20,000 nucleotides of DNA from an uncultured virus (IMG/VR IMGVR_UViG_3300030109_004112) (IMGVR_UViG_3300030109_004112); one strand, 5' to 3'; positions 1 to 10,368 are shown, numbered from the stretch's first letter. Program-made: numbers and translations. Notes: generated by a model from the sequence alone, not told the origin.

Positions 1-1158
1 GAGGAACTAATCGACGGCGTTTGTCAAAAGGTCGCTGTTACCATAGATTTGGAGATTGGTGATGTAGAGGCAATAGTAGAAGCCTCAACTGGTAATCAAA
101 TTGTGAAGATTTCCGGAATAGCCTTCCACGAGGGCATCAATAAGAACAACTGGGAGTTAACCCGCGAAGCCGCAGTAGAGGTCGCAGAACAAATGGTTGG
201 GGCAGACATAACCCTAAATCACCCGGAAGCATCAGAATATGGTAGCGGTTTTTCTAGAAACATGGATGGTGGAGTTAACGAGGCTGTTGTTGGCTATATC
301 GCTTCCACCTTTGTAGAAGACCTGCCTGATGGAAAGTGGAATGTAAGATATATTGCTCATGTAGTAAGGTCAGAGTTATTCGCTTCCCTAGAGTCCGGTC
401 TATGGTCTAGGGAGGATTACGGCGTTAGTATAGGTGGCTCCGGAGTACCCATTGAGGCTACAGAGGAAAGGGTGCTTTTCGGTCCCGGTTTCTCCTTTGA
501 CCACCTAGCAATAGTCCACAAACCGGCATACCCAAGGGCCAACATAGAAGAAGTCGAAAGAATTAACGCTTCTGACAATTCCACACCGGAGAGATTAGGT
601 TCCGCAAGAACCTTCATATATCAGCCCAATGGTGGGGAGAATATAACACAGCAGGTGTATGCTATGACTGACGAAACAACAGTAGATTATGAGGCCGACA
701 TGGCCACAATGAAGGAAGAGATGGAGGCTATGCAAGCAAGTCTCGTTCTTGCCAACAGCCGCGTTAATGAGTACGTGGCAGAGGAAGAGGCAAGAGTAGA
801 GGCATCACGCATAGCACTTGTCGAGGAAGCAACCGGTCTTGGTATGTCGGGTCATGAGGAACTATCCTCAGACACCCTAACAGACCTAATCGCTTCTTGG
901 AATGCCGCGCACCCCGACCCGGAGCCCGTTGAGATGAAGCCCGTTGAGGAAGCAGTTGCTTCTGAGACAGAGGTAATCGCTTCTGAGGAGCCACGAACGG
1001 TTGTCGCAAACTACCTAAACGGAGAAATGGTAGAGTCCGATGAGGACATTTATTCTCGTGCATGGAACGCATGGGCAAAGGCTTGGAACCAAACCCTTGC
1101 TCACGACGAAAAGACAATGCGAGCCCCACGATACGAAGACATAAAGGAGATGATTTGA
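1..1158 (+). CDS. Prohead maturation protease with C-terminal scaffold domain (5'-truncated by window)
   Basis: The frame is open from base 1 (EELIDGVCQKVAVTIDLEIG...), so the true start is upstream of the window rather than the TTG at 49. Motifs ISGIAFHEG, ITLNHP (candidate catalytic His), GVSIGG (candidate Ser) and FDHLAIVHKPA resemble herpes/HK97-type (DUF2213-like) prohead proteases. The C-terminal half is an acidic coiled coil. It lies upstream of the decoration and capsid genes. Confidence 0.85.
   Translation, partial: EELIDGVCQKVAVTIDLEIGDVEAIVEASTGNQIVKISGIAFHEGINKNNWELTREAAVEVAEQMVGADITLNHPEASEYGSGFSRNMDGGVNEAVVGYIASTFVEDLPDGKWNVRYIAHVVRSELFASLESGLWSREDYGVSIGGSGVPIEATEERVLFGPGFSFDHLAIVHKPAYPRANIEEVERINASDNSTPERLGSARTFIYQPNGGENITQQVYAMTDETTVDYEADMATMKEEMEAMQASLVLANSRVNEYVAEEEARVEASRIALVEEATGLGMSGHEELSSDTLTDLIASWNAAHPDPEPVEMKPVEEAVASETEVIASEEPRTVVANYLNGEMVESDEDIYSRAWNAWAKAWNQTLAHDEKTMRAPRYEDIKEMI
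608..623 (+). promoter_or_regulatory. Putative archaeal BRE/TATA promoter inside the protease gene
   Basis: GAACC-TTCATATA-TCA about 45 nt upstream of an in-frame ATG (664) that has AGGTG at 653-657. A similar element lies at 15289-15305. Confidence 0.5.
664..1158 (+). CDS. Nested in-frame scaffolding protein (164 aa, internal start)
   Basis: ATG at 664 is in frame with the protease and preceded by an SD-like AGGTG and a TATA-like box. The product MTDETTVDYEADMATMKEEMEAMQASL... is acidic and helical, as scaffolds typically are. Confidence 0.6.
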   Translation: MTDETTVDYEADMATMKEEMEAMQASLVLANSRVNEYVAEEEARVEASRIALVEEATGLGMSGHEELSSDTLTDLIASWNAAHPDPEPVEMKPVEEAVASETEVIASEEPRTVVANYLNGEMVESDEDIYSRAWNAWAKAWNQTLAHDEKTMRAPRYEDIKEMI

Positions 1159-1159
1159 T

Positions 1160-1615
1160 ATGGCATATGGAGAAGGAGCAGACCCAAGGAACGCGGACCT
1201 AAAGGCGGCAACAGTCGTCTACGGACCCGGAAAGATAATGACAATGGATGGTACTAACAACAGACTAGACCTCTCAGCCGCAACTGAGATTGGACTAGGA
1301 ATCAGCGTTGGAGACTCTTCCCGCGACTCAGCCAAGGTGCTAGAGACAACGGGAGCAACAGTCTCCTACTACCCACTAGGAGGCGTACTAATGGTACAAG
1401 CCCTAAACGGTGAGACTTACACCACTGGATGCACAGTGTATGTAGGAGCAAACGGACTCGCAACGGTAACAGCGGGCTCAAACAAGAAGTTGGGCCTCTA
1501 CGTCGGTGAGGGAATTGCTGCAACAGCCGCTCTAGGAGCGAATGGTGCTGGCGACACAACCAACACTGAGGGTGAGATGGTCCCAGTTATGACCGCAGGA
1601 GCCGCAATTGCGTGA
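1160..1615 (+). CDS. Capsid decoration/cement protein
   Basis: 151 aa, Gly/Ala/Thr-rich and beta-strand-like (GCTVYVGANGLATVTAGSNKKLG resembles DUF2190/beta-tulip cement proteins). It sits between the scaffold and the major capsid gene. Confidence 0.7.
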   Translation: MAYGEGADPRNADLKAATVVYGPGKIMTMDGTNNRLDLSAATEIGLGISVGDSSRDSAKVLETTGATVSYYPLGGVLMVQALNGETYTTGCTVYVGANGLATVTAGSNKKLGLYVGEGIAATAALGANGAGDTTNTEGEMVPVMTAGAAIA

Positions 1616-1626
1616 GGTGATTAAGA

Positions 1627-2535
1627 ATGGCAAAGACACTAGAAGAAATACTAAACGTATCAGCAGCAGCAGGGCCGTTCTCCACAGGAGACGCGGTGCT
1701 TGAGCAGACACTAAGAGACTTTATCCAACTACAGTCCACTACGATTGCAGTTGGAACCAAGGTTGTCGGTTCCCGAACCGTTCCTTGGCTAGACTTCAAG
1801 TGGTACACAGGGGTTAACGGAACTTTCTCGTACCCACTAGACGACAACGCAGTAGTTGACCCAACCAAGGTCGGTACTGCTAACTACGGCGTCAAGTTGG
1901 AGAAGGGACAGGGACGTGTTACCTTCCTAGACAGCGTTAGACTACGCGGTGAGTCATGGGAGAATATCGACAGGCAGCAACTTGGAATCATCCGAGCAAG
2001 GGCCGACAAGATTGATAACCACATCCTAACAACCCTAATCGCTGGCGCAGGTCAGACACAGGCCGCAACCGCAACATTCGGTGCAGCAGCCGCAGATGAG
2101 GAGAAGGACCTGCTAGACGCTATGGACCTAATCTTCGCTAACGCAAGGGTTTCCGGAGACGAGCCAATGGCTCTTATCCTCCCCGCAGACAAGAGAAGCA
2201 CTATGCTAAACACACAGTTGTTTGGTAACGTGGTTGAGTCACTACAGGCCCACCTTGGTAGAGTCGCTAACCTGACTATCTACTACTCAAGGGACTACGG
2301 AACAAGCGGCGCACTAGGAAACGATGCGCTACTACTAATACCCGGTGCAGAGACAGCCGAGTTCTTCCAGTACAACGGACCCGGATTCCAAGAGACTGAG
2401 TTGACTAGGATTCCCGGCGTCGGTTTCGATTGGCTACTGACTTCCTTCATGGGTTCAGTCGTCCACGAGATGCAGGATGGAGCCGCAGCAGGTACGAACA
2501 ACAGAATTGTTAAGATTACCGGCGTGAGGGCTTAG
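1627..2535 (+). CDS. Major capsid protein (HK97 fold)
   Basis: 302 aa with a strong SD (GAGGTGA at about 1614-1620). It has an E-loop-like segment, a spine-helix-like QQLGIIRARADKIDNHILTTLIAGAG, and a typical C-terminus (RIVKITGV). Its position after protease and decoration genes is canonical. Confidence 0.85.
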   Translation: MAKTLEEILNVSAAAGPFSTGDAVLEQTLRDFIQLQSTTIAVGTKVVGSRTVPWLDFKWYTGVNGTFSYPLDDNAVVDPTKVGTANYGVKLEKGQGRVTFLDSVRLRGESWENIDRQQLGIIRARADKIDNHILTTLIAGAGQTQAATATFGAAAADEEKDLLDAMDLIFANARVSGDEPMALILPADKRSTMLNTQLFGNVVESLQAHLGRVANLTIYYSRDYGTSGALGNDALLLIPGAETAEFFQYNGPGFQETELTRIPGVGFDWLLTSFMGSVVHEMQDGAAAGTNNRIVKITGVRA

Positions 2536-2572
2536 GCGTCTTAACGACGATTGGAGTTAAGGAGGACTAAGA

Positions 2573-2992
2573 ATGCCACAGAACAGAAAGTTTCAGAACT
2601 TCCTTGATGGCGTTATGCCAAAGGTCAGTGATGGCGGCGGTTCGTCCGGTGCTATCCCAAGAATGTACCGCCTTACCACAGCGGCAGATGCCACTAACAG
2701 TGTAAGTGTAGTTGTTGATACTAACTTTGAGGTAACAGACGTTTGGTGCATGTTGCTAAAGGACGGTGGAGCAAACGGAAACGCTTTCCAAGTGCTTAAC
2801 AGTTCAACTGCAATAACCGACAGCATTGTTGTCGGTACTGCGGGAGACAAGGATGTTGTGCGCTGCGGAGAGATAGACGACGCAGGTTACAAAATTGCAG
2901 CCGGGGGAACGCTTAAGGCGACGGCTACTGATGCCGGGTCAACAGATATACCCGGTCTTCATATATTCGTCCTCGGCTACACATATTCGTGA
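2573..2992 (+). CDS. Putative virion structural protein (second head decoration/spike base)
   Basis: 139 aa, beta-rich, SD AAGGAGG, directly after the capsid gene. The function is inferred from position and composition only. Confidence 0.5.
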   Translation: MPQNRKFQNFLDGVMPKVSDGGGSSGAIPRMYRLTTAADATNSVSVVVDTNFEVTDVWCMLLKDGGANGNAFQVLNSSTAITDSIVVGTAGDKDVVRCGEIDDAGYKIAAGGTLKATATDAGSTDIPGLHIFVLGYTYS

Positions 2993-3005
2993 GCCGGGTG
3001 AATGA

Positions 3006-3377
3006 ATGAGCAGTAAAAAACCTACAAAGGCTTCACTCGTATCGGCCTTGAAAAAGGCCAACATACCCATACCAGCGTCAGCCAGTATTGCTGAAATGAG
3101 CAATCGGTTGAAGTATTGGCAGGGTGGCGAAGGATGGCTTGTTAGACTTCTAAGGGCCTCCTCTAGATTTGATAACCACCCAGTAAACCTACTGAGTAAC
3201 AAGAGGGAACTTTACTGGCTTCCTAATAGTGATATGGCTAACAAGATTATTGCTTCAAGAATTGTTCTCGTCGTAGATAGGACAAACGAACCTTCAAATG
3301 ACGCAATAATTATTGATGTTCCATCGGACTACGATAGTAGGTGGGGTAATGGCAGTAACGACAGCGCAAATTCGTGA
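3006..3377 (+). CDS. Hypothetical protein with N-terminal HeH/LEM/SAP-like motif
   Basis: TKASLVSALKKANIPIPASASIAEMSNRL fits a helix-extension-helix pattern. GGTGA lies upstream of the ATG. Confidence 0.55.
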   Translation: MSSKKPTKASLVSALKKANIPIPASASIAEMSNRLKYWQGGEGWLVRLLRASSRFDNHPVNLLSNKRELYWLPNSDMANKIIASRIVLVVDRTNEPSNDAIIIDVPSDYDSRWGNGSNDSANS

Positions 3378-3783
3378 TTTACTCAATAGACCTAGAGGTC
3401 TTAATGAGGGCACGATAACTGAATATATCACAATTCGTACAGCCGAAGTTGAAAAAATCGCTCGTAAGAGTGGTTATGTTGGTGTCACTACCGATACCGC
3501 CCCAACCACTACTCTCAAAGAAAGCGCAATTAAGATGTTAGTTTGTGTTGATTGTCTACGAGTAGTCATAGATACGCTTCCTACATGGGTACCTGAAAAG
3601 GACCAAGGTACTCAAGATATTAGATTCAATAAGCAGTTGTCTTCATTTGAGAAGAGTGCTGATAAGGTTTTGAAAGAGATAGCGGAGGCGAGCGGTACAG
3701 CGTTTTACAACAAAGCAACCGCTACAAAGTTGAGTGGTGCTACAAGCGCGGAGTTGGCCGGTACGCTGAACTCAGCGGATTAG
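3349..3783 (+). CDS. Putative head-tail adaptor/connector (gp6/gp15-like) 1
   Basis: Preferred start is the ATG at 3349 (GGTGGGG upstream), giving MAVTTAQIRDLLN...ITEYITIRTAEVEKI...LKESAIKMLV. This is the helical pattern of head-tail adaptors. Confidence 0.55.
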   Translation: MAVTTAQIRDLLNRPRGLNEGTITEYITIRTAEVEKIARKSGYVGVTTDTAPTTTLKESAIKMLVCVDCLRVVIDTLPTWVPEKDQGTQDIRFNKQLSSFEKSADKVLKEIAEASGTAFYNKATATKLSGATSAELAGTLNSAD

Positions 3784-3794
3784 GTAGTGACTGA

Positions 3795-5123
3795 ATGACG
3801 ACAGAGAGAACATGGCTTGGCGGTACATCAGTTGATGCTACTAATGCACTTAATTGGTCCCCCTCTACCCCTATCTCTCAAACTGATTCCAAACTAATTT
3901 TTACTGGTACTACAACCCATAGTTGTGATATGAGTAGTGTGGGGGCTCAATCTTGGGAAGGTATAAAAATAAACGATAATTACTCGGGTACAATTACCTT
4001 CCCAACACAGGACATTACCCTAACTGCTTCCGGTCTTGAAGTAAAAAAGGCAGAGAAAATAACTACTGCTAGCACTTCCGTTATTTCGTTCACCGGGGCA
4101 GCACCATTTAGTGAAGTTACTTCTACGGGCTCTTCCGGTGATATTGGGTATTACATCAAATACGATAATACCACAGATACATCATTAGATACATCCGAAG
4201 TGGGTATGTTTACAACAAGTGCTAAAAGAGCGGGCTTTACCTTCAAGATAACGCCACAACCTAGCGCAAAAATAGGATTTATGGATGGAGTATACCCAAA
4301 AATCGTTTTAGTAAATCCTAGTAGCGGTACCGCTACGTTCAGTCCCACGTTTTTCTACAACACATATACATCTACTACAACAGTTAGAAGTAATAGTATA
4401 GGAAACATTGGGGTTAACTGTTTGGATTTAACTGTACCATCAGCAATAACAGTTACACCAAACACTAGAAACTTCAATGACGACAAAAAATCGTTTATTT
4501 TCGATGGTCAATTAACTGTTGGGTCAACACCCTTTGATTGGGGTTATTCTTCTGTAGAGTTTGTACCTTGGCAAGCAAATACTCCTTTCCCCTGTACCGG
4601 AAGCACCTCCTTTGGTGCTTCTAGTACGTTTGTGGCTAAATACAACAAACTGGTAATAGGAGAGGCCGATACTGCATCTTATCTATTCTCTATACAAGAC
4701 GCACAGAGAATAACGTGCGGTGAATTAATTATCAATGGAAGATTATACAGTAGTGGAATAGTAGGGGGCGATGATACTTCGGAAATACACTGTCTGAAAA
4801 GACCGCAAATAAATGGTGATTGGAATTTTACCCAAATATCAGATGGGGTATATAGGGCTAAGGGTACTTCTGAAAAATTAGGAGTTCCTTATGGTGGGAC
4901 AGGACTTACTGCTGTTTCAGACAACTCTTTACTATATGGTAACGTACAGGGAGAACTTTCTACCTTAGCAATAGGTAGTTCGGGACAAGTCTTACAAGTC
5001 GGTAGTGGGGGTAGTCCTGAATGGGGTAGCGGTAGTGCTGGCGGTTCCGGTACAGGGTTGATAGACATAGGTTCATTAGCAAATGACCAAGATGTAACAA
5101 TAGAAATGGGGACTTTAGTATAG
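3795..5123 (+). CDS. Putative fibre/appendage protein (442 aa)
   Basis: Thr/Ser/Gly-rich. The N-terminal TWLGG...NWSP motif is seen in beta-helical virion proteins, and the C-terminal LGVPYGGTG...GSSGQVLQV...PEW is a typical phage fibre repeat. Confidence 0.6.
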   Translation: MTTERTWLGGTSVDATNALNWSPSTPISQTDSKLIFTGTTTHSCDMSSVGAQSWEGIKINDNYSGTITFPTQDITLTASGLEVKKAEKITTASTSVISFTGAAPFSEVTSTGSSGDIGYYIKYDNTTDTSLDTSEVGMFTTSAKRAGFTFKITPQPSAKIGFMDGVYPKIVLVNPSSGTATFSPTFFYNTYTSTTTVRSNSIGNIGVNCLDLTVPSAITVTPNTRNFNDDKKSFIFDGQLTVGSTPFDWGYSSVEFVPWQANTPFPCTGSTSFGASSTFVAKYNKLVIGEADTASYLFSIQDAQRITCGELIINGRLYSSGIVGGDDTSEIHCLKRPQINGDWNFTQISDGVYRAKGTSEKLGVPYGGTGLTAVSDNSLLYGNVQGELSTLAIGSSGQVLQVGSGGSPEWGSGSAGGSGTGLIDIGSLANDQDVTIEMGTLV

Positions 5124-5132
5124 GTGATATAA

Positions 5133-8100
5133 ATGCCACTCTCAAATAACAAGAACTTAATTACTGGTAGTACCAGTGATAGAGCAGGTGTTACCCCCCA
5201 TAAGGAACAAATGTTCCTAGATACGGGAGCCGGTTCGGCCGCCAACGGTATTTTCGTAGGTGATGGTGCTACTGCCGGAGGACATGCACTAGATGTTAGG
5301 CCGACAACCACCAAAACAGCAGATTATACCTTCGTAAGAGGCGACGAAGCCCTTATGTTGATAATGAACTCAAGTAGTGCGGAAGCAGTTACAATTCCCC
5401 CCTTTTCTAGTGTTCCTTTCCCTGCTGGAAAGACTGAATTACAGGTAATGAATATCAATACTGGAACGGTGACATTGACCGCCGGTTCAGGAGTTACTTT
5501 GAATGGTACAACACTTACTTTAGGACAGTATGATAAGACATACATTAGACATACTTCTACTCAAGATACATGGATTGCTTATCAAAATAACGCTACCGGA
5601 CCCACTGGTCCCGCCGGTCCCACGGGACCTGCGGGTCCTACTGGACCGGGTGGCCCTACTGGTCCTACTGGACCGACCGGTCCTAGTGGCCCTACTGGTG
5701 CTGGTGGCCCTCCGGGTCCTACCGGAAGTACGGGGTCTAGCGGTCCCCCCGGACCTGACGGCCCCACAGGCTCAACTGGCCTCACTGGTCCTGTTGGACC
5801 CACAGGCCCCACTGGTGCTGCCGGACCGCCGGGACCCACTGGTGCAGGGGGACCTACTGGGCCTACTGGACCTACTGGTCCCGATGGCAAAAGACAGGGA
5901 CCAAACCAATCATTTAGTACAACAACAACCGATTCTGACCCCGGAGCAGATACATTTAGATTTGACCACGGAACATTTGCCTCTATAACCAAGATATTCA
6001 TAGACGATAGTGCGGACGGGGATATACAAGCATGGATGAGAACTTGGGATGATTCCTCAAGCACTAGAAAAGGAACCCTTGTTTATTCATCTTTAGATTC
6101 TGCAACTGCTGATACTATCATATTTACGGTAACTGCTGTTACAGAAGCGACTGGATATTTCAAGATAGATGTTATTCCTATAGCCGGTGCAGTACCAAGC
6201 AACGCAAGTAAATGGGTTTTTGGTTTCTCTACTACTGGAAATATAGGAGTAGCGGGCCCAAGTGGACCCACTGGGCCTGATGGCCCTACAGGACCTACAG
6301 GAGCCGGCGGACCGACAGGTCCTACAGGAGCCGGTGGTCCACCGGGACCAACAGGACCTACAGGACCCGCTTCTTCTGTAGCAGGTCCCACCGGACCGAC
6401 AGGCCCCGCAGGACCGCCGGGACCACAAGGAGATACGGGCGCAACTGGCGCAGCGGGACCCACGGGAGGCACAGGCCCCACTGGACCCACCGGTCCTGCC
6501 GGTAGTACAGGCCCTAGTGGACCTACGGGTCCTACAGGACCCACTGGACCAACTGGCCCGGACGGTAATTTCGGCGGTGCTTCTTTCAAATATGACTTTG
6601 ATACTGCCACCACTGACGCAGACCCCGGTGCAGGTAAAATTAGATTAAATAACTCAACACAAAATGCTGCCACAGCCATTTACATTGATGATAGCGATTT
6701 AGATGGTAGTGATATACAATCCTTTATGAGAACCATTGATGACTCAAGTTCTACAATAAAGGGTCATGTAAAAATTAGTAATTTAACAGATGCCAGCCAA
6801 TTCATAATTTGGACTATCTCTGCGCTTGCAGAAGATTCAGGTTGGTTTGATATAACTGTAAGTCCTATTGATTCTTCTGCTACTAGTCCGTTTTCTTCGG
6901 GAGAAGACGTTATTGTTACTTTTGCGCGTACTGGTGATAAGGGAGACACTGGTGCTAGTGGACCCACAGGACCCTCCGGACCTACAGGACCAACAGGAGC
7001 CCAAGGACCTGCCGGACCTACTGGTTCTGCTGGACCCGAAGGACCTACTGGCCCTACTGGTGGCTCAGGACCACCCGGACCAACGGGTTCTACTGGACCA
7101 CCGGGACCCGATGGTGCAGATTCTACTGTAGCCGGACCACCCGGCCCAACCGGCTCGGCCGGCCCAACAGGACCCACAGGCCCCGGCGGAGATACCGGTG
7201 CTGCTGGACCCCCCGGTCCGACGGGTCCCGCCGGTCCTGCCGGAAGCACTGGTCCAACAGGCCCAAGTGGCCCTACGGGTAGTACAGGTGCGGCTGCTGG
7301 CTTTGGAACGCCAACAGCAAGCACGGGACCTATAGGAATAACCGCGAGTGGACCGGACACGGCTAAGATATTCGCTTTCTCAATACCTTCCGGAGCAACT
7401 GGACCCACCGGCCCTACAGGCCCTACCGGTCCCACTGGTGCTGGTGGTCCTCCCGGCCCTGCCGGTAGTGCTGGTGGTACAGGACCGGCGGGACCAACTG
7501 GTCCTAGTGGACCTCCCGGTTCTGACGGAAGTGACGGCGGTACTGGTCCAACAGGTCCGGCAGGGGGTACTGGTCCTACTGGTCCTACCGGACCCACAGG
7601 TCCCGGTGGTTCAGCCGGCCCTACCGGCCCAACAGGACCCACGGGAGCATTTAGTGGTGCTTCTTTCAAATATGATTTCTCAACTAATACAAGCGACAGC
7701 GACCCCGGCAGTGGAAAGGTAAAGGTCAACAATGCTACACAGAACGCTGCTACTGCAATATACATCGATGACTCAGATTTGGATGGTACGGATATTCAAT
7801 CGTTCCTCCGTACTATTGATGATTCTACTTCAACAATAAAGGGTCATGTAAAAATTAGTAATCTAACTGATTCGGGTCAGTTTGTCTTATGGACCATCTC
7901 ATCACTAAGCGAAGATACTGGTTATTTCGATATAACCGTCAGTGCGGTTGATTCTTCTGCTAGTGCCCCATTTTCTGATGGAGAAGATGTGATAGTCACA
8001 TTCGCAAGAACTGGTGATAAGGGAGACACAGGACCTACTGGCCCTAGCGGACCTACTGGTCCATCCGGACCAACCGGACCTAGTGGTTCCGCTGGCCCTC

Positions 8101-9512
8101 CGGGTCCGACTGGTCCAACAGGACCTACTGGCCCGGATGGGGATGATGGGTCTGCTGGCCCAACTGGTCCTACTGGTCCAACTGGGCCTAGTGGTCCTAC
8201 CGGCCCAACCGGTACGGCAGCAGGTTTCGGTACACCAACAGCCACAACTGGGCCGATTGGAGTAACAGGAAGTGGACCCGATACCGCTAAAGTCTTCGCC
8301 TTTACAATACCGTCAGGTGCTACTGGTCCCACTGGACCAACAGGCCCCACTGGTCCAACAGGTCCCACTGGACCGGACGGTCCCGATGGACCAACAGGCC
8401 CCGGAGGTTCTACCGGACCTACTGGACCTGCGGGTGCTGCTGCTGGCTTTGGGACACCTACTGCCAGTACAGGACCTATTGGGGTAACAGCAAGCGGACC
8501 TGCTACTGCAAAGGTATTCGCCTTCACCATTCCGTCCGGTGCTACTGGTCCTACAGGCCCTACAGGTGCGGGTGGACCACCCGGACCGGATGGACCCGAC
8601 GGCCCAAGTGGACCTACTGGTTCTAGCGGTCCTCCCGGCCCTACTGGGTCAACAGGAGGGACAGGTCCTACTGGTCCAGCAGGGCCAACCGGTCCAGCAG
8701 GTCCAACAGGTTCTTTCTCCGGTACATTAACCCAAGAACTCGATGTAGGTGGCTACGACATAGTTTCTTCATCGGCTGGACCAATAGACATTAACCCTGA
8801 TGGAGCAGGTAAAGTCAGAATAAACACAACAAGCACGGATGGTGTGAAGTTGGACGTTAGAGGAAATCTAAATGAAACTGTTAGCAATCTAAGAGTTCAA
8901 ACCTCAATCACTAATGCTCCTCAAACCTGCTTACAGTTAATTGCGGGTTGTACTTCCAGTTCAGCCGCCGCAGGTCTTGGTGCTAAAATACAATTCAAAA
9001 CAGGAGATGATGGTTATGCGGGTTATAGCGCAGGTTCAATTTACGCTTCCCGTATTGATAACTCTAATCACAGTTTAGTAATTGACCCACAAGGAACAGG
9101 AAATGTATCGCTAGGAAACTTTGAGTTTGATGCTGACCAAACCGTAGGTTCGGGACAGGATAACTATGTCTTAACTTATGACCATTCTAACACGCACATT
9201 TCATTAGAAGAAGCCGCAAGTAGCGGTACTACGATAGTGGATGTTTCTACTACTACTACTCTAACTGCCGGACAAGACGGTGCTGTTGTTTATTGGACGG
9301 GTGGTACGTTGAATTTACCCTCCAACTGTGCCGAAGGTATATCATTCACTATATTGAATAATGCCGCCGCTAACGCTACACCCGCCCTTAACGGAGGGTC
9401 TATAATAAGTGGTTGGAGAACCAGTTATGCTATCGCCCCTAGTGGTGCTAGGGTTTTCATATGCGTCAACAATACTGGCAGTGCTAGTGAGTGGGTACAT
9501 CTAGGCGGTTGA
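5133..9512 (+). CDS. Collagen-like fibre protein (1459 aa) with Mtd_N-like N-terminus and repeated globular inserts
   Basis: SD AGGTGA. N-terminal FLDT...[14 protein letters not shown] resembles the Mtd/hyaluronidase N-terminal attachment domain. Long Gly-X-Y tracts (mostly GPT) are followed by phage-fibre-like C-terminal motifs. Confidence 0.9.
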   Translation: MPLSNNKNLITGSTSDRAGVTPHKEQMFLDTGAGSAANGIFVGDGATAGGHALDVRPTTTKTADYTFVRGDEALMLIMNSSSAEAVTIPPFSSVPFPAGKTELQVMNINTGTVTLTAGSGVTLNGTTLTLGQYDKTYIRHTSTQDTWIAYQNNATGPTGPAGPTGPAGPTGPGGPTGPTGPTGPSGPTGAGGPPGPTGSTGSSGPPGPDGPTGSTGLTGPVGPTGPTGAAGPPGPTGAGGPTGPTGPTGPDGKRQGPNQSFSTTTTDSDPGADTFRFDHGTFASITKIFIDDSADGDIQAWMRTWDDSSSTRKGTLVYSSLDSATADTIIFTVTAVTEATGYFKIDVIPIAGAVPSNASKWVFGFSTTGNIGVAGPSGPTGPDGPTGPTGAGGPTGPTGAGGPPGPTGPTGPASSVAGPTGPTGPAGPPGPQGDTGATGAAGPTGGTGPTGPTGPAGSTGPSGPTGPTGPTGPTGPDGNFGGASFKYDFDTATTDADPGAGKIRLNNSTQNAATAIYIDDSDLDGSDIQSFMRTIDDSSSTIKGHVKISNLTDASQFIIWTISALAEDSGWFDITVSPIDSSATSPFSSGEDVIVTFARTGDKGDTGASGPTGPSGPTGPTGAQGPAGPTGSAGPEGPTGPTGGSGPPGPTGSTGPPGPDGADSTVAGPPGPTGSAGPTGPTGPGGDTGAAGPPGPTGPAGPAGSTGPTGPSGPTGSTGAAAGFGTPTASTGPIGITASGPDTAKIFAFSIPSGATGPTGPTGPTGPTGAGGPPGPAGSAGGTGPAGPTGPSGPPGSDGSDGGTGPTGPAGGTGPTGPTGPTGPGGSAGPTGPTGPTGAFSGASFKYDFSTNTSDSDPGSGKVKVNNATQNAATAIYIDDSDLDGTDIQSFLRTIDDSTSTIKGHVKISNLTDSGQFVLWTISSLSEDTGYFDITVSAVDSSASAPFSDGEDVIVTFARTGDKGDTGPTGPSGPTGPSGPTGPSGSAGPPGPTGPTGPTGPDGDDGSAGPTGPTGPTGPSGPTGPTGTAAGFGTPTATTGPIGVTGSGPDTAKVFAFTIPSGATGPTGPTGPTGPTGPTGPDGPDGPTGPGGSTGPTGPAGAAAGFGTPTASTGPIGVTASGPATAKVFAFTIPSGATGPTGPTGAGGPPGPDGPDGPSGPTGSSGPPGPTGSTGGTGPTGPAGPTGPAGPTGSFSGTLTQELDVGGYDIVSSSAGPIDINPDGAGKVRINTTSTDGVKLDVRGNLNETVSNLRVQTSITNAPQTCLQLIAGCTSSSAAAGLGAKIQFKTGDDGYAGYSAGSIYASRIDNSNHSLVIDPQGTGNVSLGNFEFDADQTVGSGQDNYVLTYDHSNTHISLEEAASSGTTIVDVSTTTTLTAGQDGAVVYWTGGTLNLPSNCAEGISFTILNNAAANATPALNGGSIISGWRTSYAIAPSGARVFICVNNTGSASEWVHLGG
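5598..8712 (+). repeat. Gly-X-Y collagen-like coding repeats (9-bp periodicity) in several blocks
   Basis: GGN-CCN-ACN periodicity, broken by three domains of about 115-125 aa and three inserts of about 35 aa. Confidence 0.95.
6576..8030 (+). repeat. Duplicated ~375-bp globular domain (6576-6950 and 7656-8030; divergent third copy ~5898-6236)
   Basis: Both copies read GASFKYDF...DPG.GK...[44 protein letters not shown]...[18 protein letters not shown] and are offset by exactly 1080 nt. Confidence 0.9.
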
Positions 9513-9516
9513 TAGA

Positions 9517-10368
9517 ATGAATATGGGTATGTCCGGAGCAGTAATAGTGGCCGGACAAGAAGTTTTGCTTGACCCTAGTGATTGGGATAACTGTCCTGCG
9601 GGAAGTGCCGTTTCTGTTCTTGATAACCCCCAACGTGTCGGTGGCGCACCTGATATATTGCTTGGGACTACTGAAACACCACTCTATCCCGATGTTTCAT
9701 CCACTCCCAAATATTTCCAGTGGGATTATGATATGGATGATACAGATAATGGAGCAGTACAAGCACTTAGGCTTGAGATATGGAAAAATGGACTTCCTTC
9801 CGGTGCGGGGGGTTCGGGGACACAACTGACACATTCTGATGGATTCTATGGTTGGGATGGATATTACATGAATGGAAACACGGTAGGGTCTTCCAGTGAA
9901 AACATGAAATACGGTATAGGAAGAGGACCGATTCATTCTCAATGGGTCTATATGAGTATTAGTGCATCAGATTTTAGTTCATGGGTTAACAGTTCATCAG
10001 CAGTAGCCCCAATGTATCTATTTTCCTTTGGTAGATATTCGGCTTCAACCGTAACTAATTTAGAATGGGAGTGGGAAAGGGTTGTAATTACAACTAGTTT
10101 TGGAACCAGTGGTTGCGTTTTTCAGTTGGGGTCGTCATTTGCTTCTGTTGACGACAATGACGGAACACAAGTCAATTCAACAGACCCCCTAATAGGTATA
10201 GGAAATGCTGATGCTTTCTATATTGCCTTTGGTGGAGGAAGAGGGTCAACAGTTACTCCATCATCCGGAGAATATTGCGAAGGAAAAATTAGATTGAAAA
10301 GAACATGGACCAATACAGGAGCAGTTATCTATTCAGACTATGTAAATTTTAGGATTGATTTCACATGA
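9517..10368 (+). CDS. Hypothetical protein, possible fibre-tip adhesin/receptor-binding protein
   Basis: 283 aa, rich in aromatics, Gly and Ser. It follows the collagen fibre immediately and has a short hydrophobic N-terminus (MNMGMSGAVIVAG), as fibre-tip partners often do. Confidence 0.45.
   Translation: MNMGMSGAVIVAGQEVLLDPSDWDNCPAGSAVSVLDNPQRVGGAPDILLGTTETPLYPDVSSTPKYFQWDYDMDDTDNGAVQALRLEIWKNGLPSGAGGSGTQLTHSDGFYGWDGYYMNGNTVGSSSENMKYGIGRGPIHSQWVYMSISASDFSSWVNSSSAVAPMYLFSFGRYSASTVTNLEWEWERVVITTSFGTSGCVFQLGSSFASVDDNDGTQVNSTDPLIGIGNADAFYIAFGGGRGSTVTPSSGEYCEGKIRLKRTWTNTGAVIYSDYVNFRIDFT

Noticed and set aside
49..51. ORF-track start TTG at 49 (also 3313, 11949, 12798)
   Set aside because: The frame is open upstream of 49. 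For the others, better starts with an SD or stop-start overlap exist at 3349, 11973 and 12828.
2537..2549. Short hairpin CGTC-TTAAC-GACG after the capsid gene (similar GTCC-ATAA-GGAC near 12552-12563) as terminators
   Set aside because: The stems are only 4 bp and have no U-tract, so they are not distinguishable from chance.
5133..8030. Possible diversity-generating retroelement (Mtd_N-like domain plus duplicated segment)
   Set aside because: There is no reverse transcriptase in the window. Both repeat copies are coding and in frame, and their differences are not adenine-specific.
5582..8530. Long minus-strand ORFs encoding Gly-Pro-Val collagen-like repeats, plus alternative-frame + strand ORFs
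   Set aside because: These are shadows of GGN-CCN-ACN codon symmetry in the real fibre gene. They have no independent start signals and oppose the operon direction or overlap it out of frame.
5598..8712. CRISPR array or non-coding tandem repeat
   Set aside because: The periodicity is 9-bp codon-level with free third positions; there is no constant repeat with unique spacers.
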